Assembly (NCBI GenBank): GCA_041487825.1
Contig: JBGPOC010000001.1
Span: forward strand, 1 to 28,423
DNA: 28,423 nucleotides
Reading direction: 5' to 3'
Origin: Candidatus Dormibacteraceae bacterium
GTDB taxonomy: Bacteria; Chloroflexota; Dormibacteria; Dormibacterales; Dormibacteraceae
Shown here: positions 24,330-28,423 of the stretch, piece after piece
Layout of the letters: the number at the start of each line of letters is the position of its first letter
How positions within the stretch are numbered: position 1 is the first letter of the stretch
The notes under the pieces: model-generated
The model's database searches: none
Seen by the model: the letters and a program-made list of their open reading frames with translations, nothing else
Told to the model about the DNA's origin: nothing
Position numbers and translations under genes: made by a program

Positions 24330-24902
24330 GTGATCGGGATCATCTTTGGGCCGCCCGGGAGCGGCAAGGGGACGCAGGCGGCTCGGATTGAATCCGAGTT
24401 CAAGCTCTCTCATCTGTCGACCGGCGACATCCTGCGCGCCGAGGTGGCGCGCGGCACTGAGATCGGCAAGGAGGCTGGACGCATCATGCGCGCGGGCGAC
24501 CTCGTGCCCGACGACCTGATCATCCAGATCGTTCGGGGCATCCTACGCGACCCGGCGGTCAGCTCGGATGTGCTTCTCGACGGGTTCCCCCGCACCCTCG
24601 AGCAGGCGAGGGCGCTGGACGAGATGCTGCCGCAGGAAGGCCACAAGGTCGACGTCGTGATCGCCTTCAACGTGCCGGAAAGCGTGCTCGTCGAGAGGCT
24701 CTTGCACCGGGCCAAGGTGGAGGGCCGGCCGGACGACACGCGGGAGGCGATCACCGAGCGGATGCACGAGTACAGGAAGCTGACGGCGGCGGTGCTGGAG
24801 CACTACCGCAGGGGCGCGGTCCGCGTCGAGGAGATCGACGGCGTCGGGGACGTCGATGAGGTCTTCGCGCGCATCCGCAAGGCGTTCGACGGCGTCAAGT
24901 AA
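24330..24902 (+). CDS. adk: Adenylate kinase, short LID type
   Basis: GPPGSGKGTQA, LSTGDILR, GDLVPDD, LDGFPRTLEQA and GRPDD. GTG start. Confidence 0.95.
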   Translation: MIGIIFGPPGSGKGTQAARIESEFKLSHLSTGDILRAEVARGTEIGKEAGRIMRAGDLVPDDLIIQIVRGILRDPAVSSDVLLDGFPRTLEQARALDEMLPQEGHKVDVVIAFNVPESVLVERLLHRAKVEGRPDDTREAITERMHEYRKLTAAVLEHYRRGAVRVEEIDGVGDVDEVFARIRKAFDGVK

Positions 24903-25074
24903 CCCGACTCTGTTCGGTACCGCACGAGATTTGTCCCGGGAGCCACCTCAGGGTGCAGTCAGCGGGTCGTCGGAGGGACCCGACCGCCGTACCCGTCGAC
25001 GGCGGGCCAGATTGCGCGTCTGTGGGGAGTGATCGCAGCTCCGGCTAGGGAACTGAGCAGCAGTCTGCTTCGAC

Positions 25075-26031
25075 TTAGAACCCACCCCTCGAGGGTAGGT
25101 TTGGAGGCGGTGGCAGCGGCGTGGACCCGAGGCCGGGAAAGAGGACTTGCTGCGCGAACGCCCCTTCGCTCGTGAAGTACCGGGTGACGCGGAGGCGCGT
25201 CCGGCCGCCGTCGACGCGTGCGACGCTGAAAGAGCCGCTCCAGAGCATGCCGCGCCGGAACCTGGCCTCGGAGACCATCGAGCGCGGGACCGCGAAGGCG
25301 AGGGCACTGGGAGCCCCGCTGAGCTGCGGGCCGGTTAGCGCAATGAGCCGGCGATCGGTGACCGTGACGAAGTAGGCGCCCGACTGGCTGGCGGCGATGA
25401 GCATGCCGATGACGCCAAATGCGGCCTGCCAGACCTGGGCCTGGCGATCGACCCCATAGAGCGATACGACGACCCTTTCGCCCTGCTCAAGAAGCGGCAG
25501 GGTACCCGCGCCGAGGCGCGAGAGCTGGCGGATCTTGCCGGTCGGCGTCTTGGTCGGCAGGCTGACGGCGCCGGCCATCGAGGTGACGGTGGCCGCAGCG
25601 CGCCGGGCGGCCTCAGCGGCTCCCGAAGAGTTTCCGGCGGCGGCCTCGGCCATCGCCGCCGTGGTCGCGGCGTGAAGGGCGATGGCGTTCCCTCCGATCT
25701 CCCGCTGGCACCATCCGAACCACTGGATGTAGGAACTCGCTAGATCGACGGGCGCGTACGGAGCTGCGAGGCCCGGAGCGCCGCCGCCGTAGGCCACGCC
25801 CTGGTTCATGAGAGCAAGGGTGCTGCGCGACGATGAGCGGACCAGGAAGAACAAGCAGGGGACGAACACGGCCAGACCCACTGCGATAAAGAAGAGCGAA
25901 CCATAGATCTCGTCACTGCGATCGGACGCCGATACGGTGGTGTCGGTGATGGAGCCGGCGAGCGCCAGGAGCCCGAAGGCGAGTATCAGGCCCCCCAGCA
26001 CGCTGCCGATGGTCAGAAGTATCTTGCGCAA
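25075..26031 (-). CDS. Hypothetical membrane protein: two N-terminal TMs, Ala-rich linker, possible PH-like C-terminal domain
   Basis: Probable TTG start at 26031 (MRKILLTIG...). The C-terminus GERVV...YFVTVTDRRLIAL resembles bacterial PH-like domains. Pro-rich tail. Confidence 0.6.
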   Translation of the reverse strand: MRKILLTIGSVLGGLILAFGLLALAGSITDTTVSASDRSDEIYGSLFFIAVGLAVFVPCLFFLVRSSSRSTLALMNQGVAYGGGAPGLAAPYAPVDLASSYIQWFGWCQREIGGNAIALHAATTAAMAEAAAGNSSGAAEAARRAAATVTSMAGAVSLPTKTPTGKIRQLSRLGAGTLPLLEQGERVVVSLYGVDRQAQVWQAAFGVIGMLIAASQSGAYFVTVTDRRLIALTGPQLSGAPSALAFAVPRSMVSEARFRRGMLWSGSFSVARVDGGRTRLRVTRYFTSEGAFAQQVLFPGLGSTPLPPPPNLPSRGGF

Positions 26032-26112
26032 GGCTCTAACAGGGTGGCATGCAGCAACATCGGGCGGCACCTTGTGTTGAGCGAGCCGCTTCAGTCGCGA
26101 CCCGCAAGGGCG

Positions 26113-28008
26113 TTACTTTTCCGGCTTGAGGAAGATCGCCGCCAGCGGCGGGAGAGTGAGGGTCAGGCTGTGCAACTGGCCGTGGCGGCCGACCGGCGAC
26201 GCGTCGACCCCGCCGAGGTTGCCCTGGCCGCTGCCGCCGTAGATAGGCGCGTCGCTGTTCAGCAGCTCGCGCCAGTGTCCGCCGACCGGCGCGCCGATCT
26301 GATAGTTATGGCGCGGCACGGGAGTGAAGTTGAACGCGGCCAGGACCAAATCGTTCGGCGCCGAGCCCCGCCGGAGGAGGCTCACCACGCTCTGCTCGTT
26401 GTCGCTGGCATCGATCCAGCTGAAGCCCGCGGGGTCGAAGTCGATCTCGTGCAGGGCGTTCTCCTCGCGCAGGACTCGGTTGAGGTCACCGACCCACCGG
26501 CTCAGCCCCGCGTGCGGCGCCTGCTCCAGGAGGTGCCAGTCGAGGCTGCTGTCGTGGTCCCACTCCTCCCACTGCCCGAACTCCCCACCCATGAAGATCA
26601 GCTTCTTCCCCGGCTGCGCGAACATCCATCCGAACAGGAGTCGCATGTTGGCGAACTTCTGCCATGGGTCGCCCGGCATCTTCCTGATGAGCTATCCCTT
26701 CCCGTGGACCACCTCGTCGTGCGAGAGCGGGAGCATGAAGTTCTCGTTGAAGGCGTACAGCATCCGGAACGTCAGGTTGTTGTGGTGGAACCTGCGATGG
26801 ACAGGGTCCTCCGACATGTACTTCAGGGTGTCGTGCATCCAGCCCATGTCCCACTTCATGCCGAAGCCCAGGCCCCCCAGGTAGGTCGGACGTGACACCA
26901 TCGGCCATGACGTCGACTCCTCGGCCACCGTCTGCACCGTGGACTGCTCCTTGTAGACTTCGATGTTGAACCGGCGCAGGAAATCCACCGCTTCGAGGTT
27001 CTCCCGCCCGCCGAACTTGTTGGGAATCCACTCCCCAGGCTTTCGCGAGTAGTCGAGGTAGAGCATCGAAGCGACGCCATCGACCCGCAGGCCATCTGCG
27101 TGGTACCGGTTGAGCCAGCACAACGCGCTGCTCATCAGGAAGCCGCGGACCTCGTTGCGCCCGTAGTTGAAGATCGAGCTGCCCCAGTCGGGGTGGAGGC
27201 CGCGGCGCGGGTCCGCATGCTCGAACAGGTGCGTGCCGTCGAAGTTCTGCAGCCCGAACTCGTCGGTCGGGAAGTGCGACGGCACCCAGTCGAGGATCAC
27301 GCCGATGCCACGCTGGTGCAGGTGGTCGACGAGGTACATGAAGTCCTGGGGCGTCCCGTACCGGCTCGTGGGCGCGAAATAGCCCTCCACCTGGTAGCCC
27401 CATGAGCCATAGAACGGGTGCTCCATCACCGGCATGAGCTCGACGTGCGTGAAACCCATGCTGATCGCGTACTCAGCGAGCTTCGTGGCCAGCTCGCGGT
27501 AGGTCAGCCACCGGTTGTCCTCCTGGGGCACCCGCATCCACGAGCCGATATGCACCTCGTAGACGGACCACGGCGCCTGGCGACCGTTGGCCCGCCCGCG
27601 CTCCGACATCCAGGCGCCGTCACCCCAGTCGTAGGTCAGGTCCCAGACCACGGAAGCCTGCCTTGGCGGCGGCTCGGCGAAAGCCGCGTACGGGTCGGCC
27701 TTGTCGACGCCCTGGCGCGTGGCGCGCGAGCGGACGTGGTACTTGTACAGCGCGCCGTGGCCCACCTCGGGCACGAAACCTTCCCAGATCCCTGACTGCT
27801 CTCGCGGGTGCAGCTGGTTCGCGGACTTGTCCCAGAAGTTGAAGTCTCCGATCACGCTGACCGAATCGGCGTTGGGCGCCCAGACGGCGAACGAGGTCCC
27901 CTTGGGCTCGCTGGAGATGTGAGCTCCGAGCTTCTCGTAAAGGTGCCCGTGGGTGCCCTCGTTGAACAGGTGCAGGTCGAAGGGCGTGAGCAGCGACGCC
28001 ACGATCAT
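26113..28008 (-). CDS. glgB: 1,4-alpha-glucan branching enzyme with an internal in-frame TAG (26692-26694)
   Basis: [42 protein letters not shown] and [19 protein letters not shown]. The two listed ORFs are in the same frame, 12 nt apart. Confidence 0.93.
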
Positions 28009-28423
28009 GCGGGCGCCATGAGGTCGAGGATGCCACGCAGCGGGATGCGCACCCAGTCCGGCCGGCTGTTCAGCTCGTACCTGAGCTCGTAGAGCGCTTT
28101 CTCGATCAGCATCGTCGTCAGCTGCATCTCGAGGTCGTCAGGGGTGTGCGGCACGAATGAAGCCGCGCCGGCGGTGCCCAGGTAGCTGCGCAGGAAGGCG
28201 GCCGAGACGGATTCGACCCAGAGCCGCGACCACGGCTGCAGCCGCTCCACGGCGTCGGGTGCAAGCTGGGCCGACTTGAGCGCGGTCTGGCTCGCGTAAT
28301 GGAAGGATCGCAGCATCCCCGCCACGTCCCTCAGCGCGAGTCGCTTGAGCCGGCGCTCGTAAAGGGTTCGGGTCGGCTCGCCCTCGAAGTCGATGATCAC
28401 GAAATCGTGCCCCGTGTACAGGA
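28005..28423 (-). CDS. Maltokinase (Mak/Pep2) or TreS-Mak C-terminus, 5'-truncated by the window edge
   Basis: [30 protein letters not shown] and [26 protein letters not shown] overlap with glgB. Confidence 0.88.
   Translation of the reverse strand, partial: LYTGHDFVIIDFEGEPTRTLYERRLKRLALRDVAGMLRSFHYASQTALKSAQLAPDAVERLQPWSRLWVESVSAAFLRSYLGTAGAASFVPHTPDDLEMQLTTMLIEKALYELRYELNSRPDWVRIPLRGILDLMAPA

Noticed and set aside
24960-25075. Partial similarity to the c-di-AMP (ydaO) riboswitch (CGGAGGGACC, TGGGGAGTGATC, CTAGGG) and to guanidine-I motifs
   Set aside because: The 5' GCCGAAUCC and 3' GUCAGCUAAC elements are absent, the guanidine-I-like words occur in the wrong order, and there is no downstream gene on that strand.
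16583-26694. Genetic-code reassignment or pyrrolysine readthrough of TAG
   Set aside because: TAG is the evident true stop of genes ending at 4690, 10104, 10179, 15832, 19830 and 22915. The two internal TAGs align to different expected residues (Glu/Gln versus Ser). No pyl genes or suppressor tRNA are in the window.
297-28092. Many long alternative-frame and antisense ORFs (e.g. 846-1934 -, 5860-7077 +, 7399-8994 -, 13753-14973 -, 23323-24333 +, 26044-26895 +)
   Set aside because: They overlap motif-bearing genes, are Arg/Gly/Pro-rich or mirror-frame translations typical of high-GC DNA, and carry no recognisable motifs.
1-28423. CRISPR arrays, tRNA/rRNA genes, IS elements, integrases, att sites
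   Set aside because: No regularly spaced repeats, cloverleaf signatures, terminal inverted repeats or transposase/recombinase motifs were seen by eye.

Overview
High-GC bacterial window, gene-dense, with no recognisable rRNA, tRNA, CRISPR array, IS element or integrase. The gene content and apparent leaderless promoters suggest a soil-type lineage (Actinomycetota/Chloroflexota/Ca. Dormibacterota-like); this is an inference only. (1) 1-10104: a tightly coupled + strand operon of at least 10 genes that begins before the window: DJ-1/PfpI-like (partial), ThDP-dependent decarboxylase-type enzyme, SDR, metallo-beta-lactamase-fold hydrolase, two NTF2/SnoaL-like proteins, a second DJ-1/PfpI, a VOC protein, a variant GlgX and an AGE-like (alpha/alpha)6 enzyme fused to a degenerate STAS domain. 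This is the best candidate for an uncharacterised system, probably a glycogen-fed sugar-tailoring or dicarbonyl pathway. (2) 10606-14928: Cache histidine kinase, stand-alone receiver and REC-PAS-HK-REC hybrid. (3) 15-26 kb: mixed stress and accessory genes (disrupted SDR, USP, eRF1-like baeRF protein, lipoprotein, methyltransferase, SpoIIAA-like, cNMP-binding protein, aquaporin, GH1, adk). (4) 26113-end: glgB with an in-frame TAG, preceded by a maltokinase-type gene running off the window. All family calls come from motif recognition by eye; no database searches were run.
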